From: the human T2T-CHM13v2.0 reference genome, Homo sapiens
Assembly: GCF_009914755.1 (NCBI RefSeq)
Contig: NC_060931.1
DNA length: 64,000 nucleotides
Direction: 5' to 3' (one strand)
Below, in pieces: positions 49,980-64,000 of this stretch. The position numbers and the translations under genes are program-made. The notes below the pieces were generated by a model. That model was given only the letters and a program-made list of their open reading frames with translations, made no database searches and was not told the DNA's origin. Numbering within the stretch: the first letter of the stretch is position 1; each line of letters begins with the position of its first letter.

Positions 49980-52600
49980 ATTGTTTCCTGATGATTAGCC
50001 AATGACATGATTGTCTCTATAGAAAGCCCCTAAAATTCTACCAAAAAAACTCCTGGAAATAATAAGAGATTTAGTAAGGCTGAAAGAGACAAGGTCAATA
50101 TGCAAAAGTCAATTACTTTTCTATATACCAGTAATGAACAATTATAATTGAAGTATATAAACTAATATCATTTTTTTACAGCACCCAAATAAGTGAAGTA
50201 CTTTGGTATCAATCTAAAAAAATAAGTTCAGGATATTATTAGAAACCTATAAATTACTGGTGAAATAAATCAAAGAAGCTCCAAATACTTGGAGAGATGT
50301 ACCATACTCATGGATGGAAAGATACAAAATTGTTAAGATGTTAATTGTTTACAATTTTGTTCTATGGATTTAGTGCAATTTGAATCAAATCTAGCAAGAT
50401 TTTATGTAGATATTGACAAAATATTTCTAAGATGTATAGCGAGGCAAAGGTAATAGAAAGGCCAAGATAATTTTGAAAAAAGAACAAAGTCAGAAGACAC
50501 ACCTGAAAGTCTTAATTTTAAGACTTCTTGTAATGTTACAATGATCAAGTAATGATAGACATATAAATTAATGATAGACATATAAATTAATGATAGACAT
50601 ATAAATTAATACAAGAGAATAGAGATCCCAGAAATAGACCTAAGCAACTATCAGCTTATTTTTGGCAGCATTGGGAAGGAAATTCAATAAAAAAGGGTTA
50701 ACCTTTCTAAAAAAAATAGCCCTGGAACAGTTCAATGTTTACATGCAATAAGTGTGAATGCAAAATTGTGAAATGTCTAGGAGAAAATCTAGGTGACCTT
50801 GAGTGTGGTGGTTAGTTTTTACATAAAACACCAAAAGTACAATGAATGAAAGAAAAAAAATAGAAAAATTAATCTCTATTAAAATTGAAAACTTTTACTC
50901 TACACAAGTCACTGTGAAGGGAAATAATCTGTACAACAAACCCCCATTTCACAAGTTTACCTATGTATCAAACCTGCCCTTCTACCCTGAAATAAAAATT
51001 AAAGTTTTTTTTAAAGATAACTGAAAGAAAATATTTGAATATTTCATGTCTGATAAAAAACTTGTGTCCAGAATAAACTGGATAAAAACATCTCTGGAAA
51101 CTCAATAATAAGAAAAGAAACAGCTCAATAAAAAAACCTTGGAAAAGATCTGAATGGCTACATCCTAAAGAAGATGTAAGGATGGCAAGTTGACTTTTAA
51201 AAAGATGCTGAACGTAAATTGTCATTAAGAAATTGCAAGTTAAAACAACAACGAAATACCACTCTAACCCTATTTGGACAGCTAAAATCCAAAAAAAAAA
51301 AAAAAATTCTGACAGTTCCAAATGCTGGGAAAAATGTGGAGCATGAAGCAGCTTCATTTATTGCTGTCCTAGAAAAATGTTAGGACCACTTGGGAAGGCA
51401 GTTCAGATGTTTCTTATAAAGTTAGACTTCCCATACAACCCAGCTATGTACTTGCCACCTATTAACCCAAGTGAAGTAAGAATTTAAATCCACACAAAAT
51501 CCCACACATGAATGTTTATAGATTTATTTATAATTACTAGCAATTAGAAGCAATCAAAATGTCCTTCAGTAGGTAAATTGATAACAAATTGAAATCCATT
51601 GGGCTAATAATTCACATAACAAAATGCATAAACTGCAAATGCATTTTGCTAAGTGAAAGAAGCTATAGCAAAAGGCTCTATAGTGTACGATTCAATTCTA
51701 ATGACATTCTGTAACAAAGGAGAAACTAATAGAGATAGAAAAGAGATAAGTGGATACTTACGTCTTTGCGATAAGTAAGAAGACAGTATTTCACTAGGAC
51801 AGTACAGGGGGATTTCTGGGTGATGGAACTAATCTGTATGATATTGTCGGATCCATTATGCATTTGTCAAACTCATAGCACTTTACAGCACTAAAACTGA
51901 ACTTTAATATATGCAAATTTAAAAATATCAAAAAAGAGCTTGGTGAATCCTAAGATAGAATGCAGACTTTGACAAAAAAATCTGTGTGTGATATAAGTTC
52001 ACTGAAGAGGGTGGGGAGTATGAACTACCTTATGTAACTTTGGAAAACAGTGGTTTGACAGAAAACTATAAGGCTAAAAGAAAAATAACTACATAATCAC
52101 TGCACTGTAATTGTTAAAATTGTTTCTCATGGAAGAAAGGGTTAACAATCCTGAAATCGCTGTACATGTATACTGGAGTTAAATAAGTAAAAAAAAGGAT
52201 AGTGGATGGTGAGAGCCTGGTTTCTTACTAAGAAGAGAAGAGCTACAGAGATGCAGCGGAAGAAGGATAGAATGTATCATGTGGTACTGGATTAGGATCA
52301 AAGACATCAGCTTGAGCTCATGTTAACTTAATAAAGATGCAGACAATAGACATGGAAATTATTGTAGAGATCTGTATACATGTGCTAATACATAAACATT
52401 TACTTCCTATCTCTGTCTGCCGAGAGGGCATAGACACGGTAATTACTTGTATACCCCATGTTGGGATCTTGTTCTGCAGTAACATTGTTGAAAAAAATCA
52501 ACCAGGGCTCCTTGAAGACATCAATGATTCAGGGTCTGAGCAAGAAGAACTAAGATAAGGCTGAAGCATCTTGTAATGTTAAAAAGTATAGAAATGCTCT
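49980..52600 (+). mobile_element. Ancient L1M ORF2/3' region (paralog of 24990-27720) with ~85-bp L1PA 3' stub at ~50925-51010
   Basis: aatgacatgattgtctctatagaaag.. collinear with unit 1. Confidence 0.75.
50550..50610. repeat. Perfect 19-bp tandem repeat x3.2 (taatgatagacatataaat)
   Basis: Read directly; single copy at paralogous ~25538-25560. Confidence 0.95.
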
Positions 52601-52660
52601 TAAAAACAAAAAGATGGGGGCATGTCAAAGGGATACATGACCCAACCTGGAGGAGTTCCT

Positions 52661-52975
52661 TTCTTAGTCCCTGTGGGATGCTATGAAAGAATACCATAGA
52701 CTGCGTGGCTGATAAACAGCAGAAATTTACTTCTCACAGCTCTCAAGGCTGGGAAGTTTAAGATCAAGGCACTAACAGATTTGGCGTCTGGTGATGGCAG
52801 AAGATGCAAAAGAGGTCTCTGGGGTCTTTTAAATAGGGGCGCTAATCACATTTATGTGGGCTCCCTGCCATTACCTAATCACCTTGCAAAAGTCCTGCCT
52901 CCAAATACCATTGTGTTGGGCGTTACGTTTCAACATACGAATTTTTGGAGGAATACAAGCATTCACTCTATGGCA
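52661..52975 (-). mobile_element. MLT1A-like solo LTR (paralog of 29927-30235)
   Basis: cttagtccctgtgggatgctat shared; ends attcactctatggca. Confidence 0.8.
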
Positions 52976-55900
52976 GCTTCTAATAACCAAACCTAGAATC
53001 ATTTGAGTGATAAATTTAATAATGTAGTTTGGATTATAACCTATAGTATAAAATGCTGATATTTTATAAATATATGATATAATTAAAGGATTGAATAAAT
53101 AAGTAATAGAAAGAAATTATTTTGTTTCTCTTTGTCAGAACTGTTTTGGCTATTTTCTTACCATTGCCTTTCCATATAAATATTGGAATTAGTTTGTAAA
53201 TCTTTATAAAACATCTTGCTGGGATTTTAACTGAGACTGTTTTGAAACATCAAAATGTCTTACAACCTCAAAGAATAGGACCCTTTCAATTCATGTATCA
53301 TTTTAAATGTTTAGCTTGACCACATGGTTGAGTGGCAGTTCTTTGGTGGTAGGAGGTCAATACCTCATCTTTCATGTCTCGCTGACATGTACTCAATGTC
53401 TTATTTTTGGTTTAGGCACATTTGTCTCTCCTGTGTATCATTAGGCTTGCTTGTGTGTCTTCCATCAGTGTGCACCAGTGACTTAACTTTAACACTTTGT
53501 GTCTTTGTATTGCCATGAAACCATTGTACAAAACTCTCCAACAGGCTTTATAACTCTTCAGATGCCGCATACATTGATCAGATCATTATTTAAGAGTCTT
53601 CATTCACCTTTAGACCCCCTACATACAATCCAAAGAGCCAACATTGTTTTTGAATATCAGGTCTGTGTCACTCAGCTGCACCACCAGCAGTTAGCAACTG
53701 TGACCAGCTTATTATAGACTCTGCATCAGAGGGGTCAGTACAACCTTGGGGTCTCCACATGCACAAGTGCTGCCAGAATATTTTATACTCAAATACTATA
53801 TAATTTTTAATTTTAACCCTTATAATTCAAAGTAAAAGGAAACAGCTTAAATAAAAGGGACGCTAGAAGGCATGTGTATAGCTCATATATAGTGAATCTG
53901 CCTTCTGCATGGTTCACCATTAAACGAATATTTTTGGACATTTTCTTCTTCATTTTCTGTTTAGGTCATAATCTTCTATGCACCACGTCAAATGATTTTA
54001 TGTAAGCTAACAAGTAGGCAAAAGTTCTCAACTTCTGTGATCCACAATGTGGACACACATGGACAGTAAATAGTCCATGTAGGCCTAACATATGTGTATC
54101 TTTTAAGTGTATGTTAATGCTAGTACAAAAATTCATGTAAAAATGACAATGAATTTGTAGTAGTTTTTGCCAAAAAATATATATTTTTCAATGGTACTTC
54201 CATCATTGACTGGGATATTTTCACTATATTTGTATTTTTAATTTAAATATTTAAAAAATTAAAGTCATACATGTGTAGTTTTGAAAATATCAAATAATTA
54301 TAAGTAACTTACATAGAAAGGTGACAGACTGTTACCCTTTTCCTTTTACTTATATGGTGCTATTCTTCCGAGTATTCAACTATTTCTTCTGGTACATATT
54401 TAGTAGTAATCTGCTTGTATAAACATTTCTTAATTCTCAAATGTGTTTTTCCTATAGTTAACAGGTGCCTGTAAACATTTTTGTTTGTATTTGCAAATTT
54501 TCCCCCTAAGATGATTCTACATACATCTGAAACCCAGCGGTATTTTTCCCAAATGATCTAGCTGTGTCCTCTGTAGGCCTGGGACACAGTCCTTGTCCAG
54601 GGACATCCCTTCACAGCTCTCCTGTGTTGCATTTCTTCTTTCCAAACTATCTGTCCTTTTCTGTCTCTGTTTACTTCCAAGTTTTGATGGAGCAGATCTT
54701 CCAGCATCTTTCTAAGGGAAAACTCCTATGAGCGAAGTTTTTTGAATACTTGGATGCTTTATTTCAGCATTATACTTGTCAGTAGGCTGTATTTCAGCAT
54801 TATACTTGCCAGGTTGTAAAGGCTAGAATTAACCCTTTTCCCCCATAACTTTAAAAGCAGGCTATTTGTTTCTTATTTTCCCAGGAACTTAACTGTTTTA
54901 TCATGGAGAAGAGTCAGCTGTCTGTGTTTTAGGAATCTTGGGTCTCTCTGATGCGTGATCCCCTGTCTTCTGGCTCTGGACTTATTAGGGCATTTGGGAG
55001 TTACTAGGGCACTCTGAGTGAATGTGGTTTAATTTGGACCAGAGGGAGAGAATAAACTAGACCTGTATGTTGGTGGGAATAGATGGGTAAGGGATGAAGA
55101 GAGGGCAGATTTTGAAGTGCCTCCTCCGAGATTCTGTACATAGGGAGTTGTAGGCAGAGGACGCATATATGAATAGCTCAGATCACACAGCTCTAGGAAA
55201 TTCGCTGTTTTCTTAGACTAGATTGAGCCTGGCAAAAGGGTCAGGGTTAGGAAAGTAGAAAAAGAATAGATACAAATAGGCCCTAAATAGTACAAGGAAC
55301 CAGGTGAGTCACTTCAGAAGTCAGCGCCATTGACACTGTTACCAGAGGAGCAGCATCCCTTATAATTGCAGCATGGATATCCACAGTGCAGGGCACCCAC
55401 TGGTCCAAGGCTGCTGGTGTTGGGCTGGAAAATGGAGAGGTTGGGTACATGCAGGTATTTATATGCATGCTTGCATGCATGTACACACTTGAGTCTATCA
55501 CAGGAATACAAGCTATAGATATTAAACTCTAGTTAGTAGATAGCTGTTAAATCCTTAATTAAAGATCAACTCCAAATGCCACCAGAATGTAAGTGGAAAT
55601 CTCTCCGTCTTTGAGTATCTGTAAATGTCAGGAAGCATCTCCAAATGAGGAAATCATTTTTTTCAACCTGAAAAGTTTCTCTGTATTGACTCACTCACAA
55701 GGGACTAATTATTTCACCACTTTGAAAACTTTGTAAGGAATTAAAGCAATTATCTCCTTCTTAGAGGGCCCACATCTTTATTAGGTTTCTACTTATATAT
55801 CAGGGCAAAAAATCACTCAGATTTTTCTCTTGAGAGACTCTTCTGCAACTCTTCCAACCTCTTAATCATACCCCTCTGTCAGAAATCAAGCAAAAAAAAA

Positions 55901-56202
55901 AATCTTTTCTTTTTTGCTCTCCCTTTCTTCGACTTCTTGGTTTCGGGAACTTGGTTTAAGATAAACAATTGGTCCGTTATCACTTGCATTACATAGGAAC
56001 AACTCTGTCTCATATTTAGACTAATACAACATAAAATATTTTAGGGAACTAACAGGCAGACATTTTCTATTCTTAGAGCATGAAGGAGTATTTTATGAAG
56101 TATTTGCCATTAATTTTCTGAAGACCTTTTTCTTGGTCACTATTCTTACAAATCCTATTTCTGGGGATAAGGTCTAAGAATTACCCCTTAAGAATCTTAG
56201 TC

Positions 56203-57720
<1,518 letters not shown>

Positions 57721-57804
57721 TCTGAGCTTTATACTTAAAGTATAAAGCCTGAGCTTTAACTTGTTAGGTAAGCCAGACCAAGAGATTTAGTTTTCAGGAA
57801 GCTA

Positions 57805-58023
57805 CTAAATCCCTGAGCAGACCAATAATAAGTTCTGAAATTGAATCAACAATAAAAACACTGGCAACCAAGAAAAAATCCCAAGACCAGATAGATTCAC
57901 AGTCAAATTGTACCAGATGTATAAAGAAGGACTGGTACCATTCCTACTGAAAGTATTCCAAAAAATTGAGGAGGAGGGACTTTTTCCTAACTCATTCTAT
58001 GAGACCAGCATCATCCTGATACA
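57805..58023 (+). mobile_element. Separate L1 ORF2 fragment
   Basis: ccagatagattcacagtcaaattgtaccag ... ctcattctatgagaccagcatcatcctgatac. Confidence 0.8.
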
Positions 58024-60543
58024 AATGGTTCAGATTCTATAACCTCATTAGACTTGTAAAGGAGGATATGTTAGAGGTTGTGAGAAAATCTGTCCTGGTG
58101 AGACTGATTCTTAGATTCTTTGATCCCCTTACATTTCTCTTCATTGGTCAGGGACCATGGGTGTATGTAGTCATTTGAGAAACTCTGGGATGGTGTTTGT
58201 GTAACAGGTCGAATGTGAAACCCAGCTTGCTAGATGGAATCCTTGGATTATGATATGTGGCACAATAGCATCTAGGAATCACAATCCCAAATAAGAGAGT
58301 GATGCAACTGAGTCTGAGACCCACAGTTTAGAAGGCACTGAGGAGGGCATCCAAATCCACCTGCCACTTGGTGCAGGAATCCTTCTTATAACATTATTAC
58401 TTGGTGGACATTGAAACATGACTTGACCATCTCTAGGGGTGGTGAAAACACAACTTTAGGAATTCAACAGTTTAAATTTAACCAACTAATCAAACTAAAT
58501 GTAACTTCCTCCCATTGTCCAATTCTGCCCTTTTGAGTTACATGGACTGGGTTTTAAGTGTCTTCCCACTTAGATCTTAAATTATCTATACAAAATATTT
58601 CAATGCCAGCAATCATGATATGGAATCTTGACCTTTTAACATCCAGACTGCCCATCTCTAGATGCCCATTAATTTTATAGTGTCTGTTTTAAAATCCAAA
58701 GATCAGGGTTGACATTAATATCTTATATAACTCATTGATGGTGAACACAGTGGGAGACCACTTACGTGGTCTGTTCACTACTCCTCTGCCAAAGTAGTCT
58801 AAGATGGCTTGCAGAGATTTAGTCTGGTGAATTACTGTCCTTCCCATGTTCTTAATTCATTTGCAACATGATTAGTAAAGGAATGACAGATATTAAGTAT
58901 CTATTATATTTCTGGTACCAAGAAGACACTGCATTCTCCCATATAATAATACCATTGTCATTCCACATGAGAAAATTAACAACTTCAGTAATAAAAGGTA
59001 TACTTTACATTTCAGTTTCCAAATATTTTCCCAAATAAATGTACAGTTTTTTTAAAAAAATCAAGGATTCCATCTAGGTTCATGTGCTGCATGTGAATAT
59101 TTTGAGTTTTAAATGTTTTAATCTATCACATTCCCTCATAACACTTCTGCCTTTTAATTTAATTTGATTTTTTGGCTGTGTTTTTTCCTCTTTTCAATGC
59201 CATTTATTATATTTCACTCAATATAGTCCTCTTTGGGCACCTTGTAATTTACTATTTGGTTCTGAAATATTTTTAACAGATTTTTAAATTTCTTTCTCAA
59301 ATTTACTTGACTATTTTTTTCATCTGTTGCTATTTTTTGTGCACTCTATTCTGAGTTTTTTTTTTTTTAATTCTGATTTCCAGTGTTGTTTCCTATTTGT
59401 AAATGCCTTTTAGTTGTGGCTAATTCATGTTGGGGATTTATTTTATAGTCTTCCTCAATTTTGTGAACATTTGGAGAATATTTTTGTCAGCTGAACATTT
59501 TATTTTTCCCTTTCATTTTGTTGTTTTAGAAGCATTATATATATATTTATTATTATCTGTTGCTTCAGAATTTTTGGAGGTTTCCTGATCCAGCAGGAAA
59601 ACTTGTTTGTCATTTTGTCTGTATGGTTTACTATATTTCTTCCTATAGTTCTCAATGCTTTCTGTTACTAGACATATTGTGCTTGTTCTTTAGTAAATGG
59701 TCCTATTTTGGGAGAGGATGAGTTGGTACTTTTTTTGATACTCATGTTTTTCTTAAGACCCTAATTTTTGCCTCTTGCTTCCCCTTCATCTCCAAGGCTC
59801 TAAGATTCACCTCCCACTTCAAATTGCTCCCACCTCTAAAAGAGTATGCTTTTCCTAGACAGATGCCTCTGTTCCCCTGCATGTTCGTATACCCTCCCAC
59901 ACCTCCTTTTTTTGATCTTCAATAGTCAGTGCTCTGATCCACAAGGCTCAGACCTATTCTCAGTATTTCCCATTCAGGATATGATCTTAACTTTCTAGGG
60001 ATGATTTTTTCTCGGTTATCCTTTCTCTCTGATAAGACCAATGACTATATATTATGAAAGTCACCCCAATCATACTAATAGTGTGGGACTGAAGTTTATG
60101 CTCTGGAACCTTTACTAGAAATTTCACTTTATCTTACAGTGAGCCATCAGTCAGCACCTGTTTGGAGTAGTGTATACACACCAGGGGACATCTAATTAAT
60201 GATACTATCATCCAGTTATTCATTTTACATCTTCTTTTAAAAAGTAACATTGTTTTGAAATATGTCGATTAAAATTAAGTTACGTTATGTTTGTGGCATT
60301 TCTTTTTGTACAGGTGAAGTAGATTACGTGTCTTTAAACTATTAATACAAAATTTACTAACATTTATTGAATGCCTACCAAGTGCTAGTTATTCTTCTTT
60401 GCAATGGAGAAAAGAAGATATAGTAAGACATAATGCCAGCCCTTGAGGAGCCCAATCTTAATTGTGAGAGGCAGATAAATGTGTGAATAATTATAGTACA
60501 GTGGGTTAAGTAATTCATGATTAATAATGTACAAGTGCTATGG

Positions 60544-61017
60544 TGTATTAGTCAGGGTTCTCCAGAGAAATAGAATAAGATGAAGATACATAGCTACCCA
60601 TATCTCTATCTATATAAATGAAAAATTGGCTTACACAATTATGAAGGCTGAGAAGTCCCAAGAGCTGCCATCTGAAAGCTGGAGACCCAGGAAAGGCAGT
60701 TGTGTAATTCAGTCCAAGTGTGAAGGCCTGAGGACCGGGGGAGCTGATGGTGTAAATCCCAGTCTAAGGTCAGAAGAAAATGAGATGTCCCAGCTCAAGC
60801 AATGAGGCTTGAAAAAAGAGGTGAATTTCTCCTTCCTCCACCTTTTGCTCTATTCTCAGTGGATTGGATGATGCTTATCCACATTAGGGAGGTCAGTCTA
60901 CTGAGTCCACCAATTCAACTACTAATCTCATTTGGAAAGGCCCTCATAGACACATCCAGAAATAATGTTTACTCCATTATGGCCTACTTGAGTTGACACA
61001 TAACATTAACTATCGCA
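60544..61017 (-). mobile_element. MLT2-family solo LTR inserted in an L2-like remnant
   Basis: tgtattagtcagggttctccagagaaa ... gttgacacataacattaactatcgca; flanks show L2-like catttattgaatgcctac. Confidence 0.85.
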
Positions 61018-61347
61018 TTGGGTATACAAGAGCAAAAGTTTCTAACTCTATTTGAGACAGTCAAGGAAACATCCTCAAGTAGGTGGCAATTGAATGGGTC
61101 TTGATGAAAGAATATAAGTTTGAAATAAGGTGAAGGTAGAAGGGAGAGAAAATTCTTATCTAAGTCACTAGCATATGGAGAGGGATATAGCCCCAAATTA
61201 TATTTTACATTTATGGAAAATCAACTTAAAAAGTTCAAGTTTTGGATAGACTTTCTGCAAAGTGATGACAGGTATCTAAAATAGATCAAAATCACACAGA
61301 AATGTTCTCTGAAATGTATCTATGACAGAGGTCAGCATGCCTAGAGG

Positions 61348-61378
<31 letters not shown>

Positions 61379-61478
61379 GACACACACAGACACACACACA
61401 TATATAAATGTATTCCTCATATATAAATGTGTGTATATGTATACACAAAGTTTGTGTGTGTGTCTATATATGTGTGTA
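61348..61478. repeat. Compound (TA)n/(CA)n/(TG)n low-complexity tract
   Basis: Read directly. Confidence 0.85.
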
Positions 61479-62049
61479 CAAAGTTTAAGGTGTATGTCAT
61501 GGGTGTTCACATTCTTTTATTATAGTACAATTTTATTATACTCGAAATAAAAATCATTTTCACCCAATTTTATTTTCACTATTGATTTTTAAATAAATGA
61601 GCTTGGGGAATGCTCGAGAATATCTCTATTAAGTGAGGATTAAGGAAGATTTGAAGCACTAGAACTGAATGTCCATCTGAATATAGGGGAAGAGGTAAGG
61701 AGAATGTATTGTGGCTAATCACAGATAAAAGATCAAAATAGGTGAGTAGCTGAAAGAAGAACCAGAGAGGGGAGGTCACTGACTCTCTTGAGAAACATTT
61801 ACAACAACATACAAGAACGACATTTACATCAGAAAATTTAGTCTTGCCAAGTTGATTAATAGATATTTATTCTCCATCTAAGGCTGATTAATAAGGTAGT
61901 ATCTATCTTAATTATTTTCTATTGCATAAATCTTTATTATTTCTTGGCATTCTTGAAATTCTCAGGAGTGGCATGTATCTAAGTAATATAATCTGCCACT
62001 ATCTCTACCTTATTTATTTACCAATATAACAACAAAGAGTAATGGATTA

Positions 62050-63655
62050 AAAGGAGTAATATATAAAATAAGAGTTAAATAAATTTTGAAAAGAAACAAA
62101 GGCATCTAAGAAATAAAAAAATTACAAGTTCCTAAGAGTACATTAGACTGAAAGTAAAATAAAATCTATTGAGCAAAGAAATAGAAATAGCTGAATTATG
62201 AAATTGAAACAATTAAAGGGGTATAAAATATTAGAGAAAAATAGGCAAGATTAAAGAGATAAGGTAGGCTAAGTAGATCCATTACATACATTTGGAATTC
62301 ATAAAGAACAACAGCAATACAATGAAAAAATCTAATATTTAACACTATGTTCGATAACTGTCTTGAAATGAGGATAGTTTTGAATATACATAATGAAAGG
62401 ATCCACTGTGTATCTGGGAAAGTGACCTGGAACAGATACACCTGTGACAAAACTATTAGACTTTGAAGGTAAAGAAAAAATTCCAGGAATATAAAATACC
62501 ACATACAAGAAATGTAAATCATGCCAGTATCAGATTTGTTAATAGAACCAATAAGCAAGAGAGCAATTTATTTTCCTAATTATTTCCTTTAATTAGGAAA
62601 CAGGGAGACAAAGGATGACTGAGAAAATATTTTTCGAAAGAACTGTTGGGAAACACAACCATATTTTAATATCAAATGAGGAAGATTTCAGTACAAAAAT
62701 GATAATTAAAATAATTAATTAAAAATAAAATGATAATTAAAAAAATAAAAAAAAGATTTTTAATTCTAAATGCCCAATTCTGGTAAGGTCATACATTTAC
62801 GAATGTCTGTGCATCATGTAATATAACAATTACCTTCATAAAATAGAGACTACATGAGGTGAAAGGAGAAATAAAATACACACAAAACATTGAGAGACTT
62901 TAATACTATTCTCAGTCCTTAGGACAACTGGGCAAAAAGTAAGAATAAAAGGATTTAACACAGTCAGTAAAGCAGACCTTACAGATATATATGTAGATTC
63001 TCACACACCAGAAGTAAAAAATATTTTTTCTTCTCATAATTCTTTTAAGAGACATATGAATCTTTAAAGAAAATACTATAATCCCATATTCTGGGGGTTA
63101 TAGCATCTATAGATTTAATTTATGTGATAATGGTGTAGTGGATAGGAGCACAAATGTAAGTGTACTTTTCCAAGGCTCTTACATTTTATGTGAAGTGTTG
63201 CAGTATCAACTCTTAATAGACTGTGAAATTTAAGGGTGCATAGTATAATCTCAATAACAAACACTATAATAATCCAAAAAGGTATGTCTAATGTGTCAAT
63301 AAAGGAATTAAAATAAAAACTTAAAAGTATTTAGTTTATCTAGAAGGTGATAGGAAAGGGAAATAGAAGAAAAACTATAGATGGGACAAATTTAAAGAGA
63401 CAGGAAAATGGTACACCTAAATAAAAAAATCAATAGTTAATATTCTATGTAAATAGACTAAACACTACAAATAAAAGTCAGAGATTGTCACACCAATTCT
63501 ATGATGTCTACATGTGATATACTTTAAATTAAAGACAGATTGAAATTACAGTGATGAAAAAAGTTATTCAAACAGTAAGCTTAAGAAACCTGGAGGTGTT
63601 AGGCAACATTAGAAAGAGTAGACTTTAAGGCAAGAAATACTACCAGATATAGAGA
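62050..63655 (+). mobile_element. Highly decayed L1M fragments (ORF1 and ORF2 start)
   Basis: A-rich strand bias; gtaaatagactaaacact..aataaaagtcagagattgtca and aaagagtagactttaag match the L1 EN start. Confidence 0.6.
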
Positions 63656-63659
63656 GACT

Positions 63660-63830
63660 GTCATCAGATTTCAGGATAATCTCCCCATATCAAAAGCCTT
63701 AATTTAATAATATTTTCAAAGTCCCTTTTTTGCCATACAAGGTAAAAATGCCTTTTGAGTGCCATATATTCAGTTTCTGAGGATTAGGATATGGATATCA
63801 TTTGGTGGGAAGCATTATTCAGCCTACCGC
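63660..63830 (-). mobile_element. MLT1B-like LTR fragment
   Basis: aatctccccatatcaaaa..ccttaatttaat..aaagtccctttt..gccata..aaggtaa ... cattattcagcctaccgca. Confidence 0.65.
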
Positions 63831-63884
63831 AGCCTGTAATTAAAAGCTTCTCTACACTTCCAAGCACTTGGGAATTGTTTAAAA

Positions 63885-63937
63885 AAAATAAAATAAATAA
63901 GTAAGTAAGTAAGTAAGTAAATAAATAAATAAATAAA
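63885..63937. repeat. (TAAG)n(TAAA)n compound tetranucleotide repeat
   Basis: Read directly. Confidence 0.9.
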
Positions 63938-64000
63938 AGCTTTCCTACAAAGGCAATTACTGGCCTGGATGTTCTCACTGATGAACACTTCTTAGCAATG

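Noticed and set aside
50550-50610. Short direct repeats as CRISPR-like array
   Set aside because: No spacers, mammalian DNA, no cas genes.
55460-55485. tgcatgc-rich quasi-palindrome
   Set aside because: Short alternating purine-pyrimidine low complexity; expected by chance.
58290-58780. Possible L3/CR1 or MIR remnant
   Set aside because: Too decayed to support by eye.

Overview
Human (primate) genomic DNA, AT-rich and mostly transposon-derived; no intact protein-coding gene. The core is an old ~15 kb tandem duplication (about 17.0-32.0 kb and 39.5-54.7 kb), each copy carrying a family-9A olfactory receptor pseudogene on +: a multiply disrupted copy at 20681-21621 (OR9A3P by my recall) and a copy with a single premature stop at 44960-45904 (OR9A1P), which places the window in the 7q34 OR9A cluster. 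The first 6.1 kb is a decayed class III (ERV-L/HERV-S-like) provirus with two LTRs, pol and an internally deleted env. The rest is L1, Alu, THE1, MLT and Tigger copies, including a young human-specific pre-Ta L1HS with a twin-priming inversion. I found no convincing new biological system. The best leads are the one-mutation OR pseudogene with apparently retained promoter and splice sites, nested gene-conversion tracts between the OR paralogs, the young L1HS, and the chimeric provirus. Repeat subfamily and gene names are from memory and alignments were done by eye.
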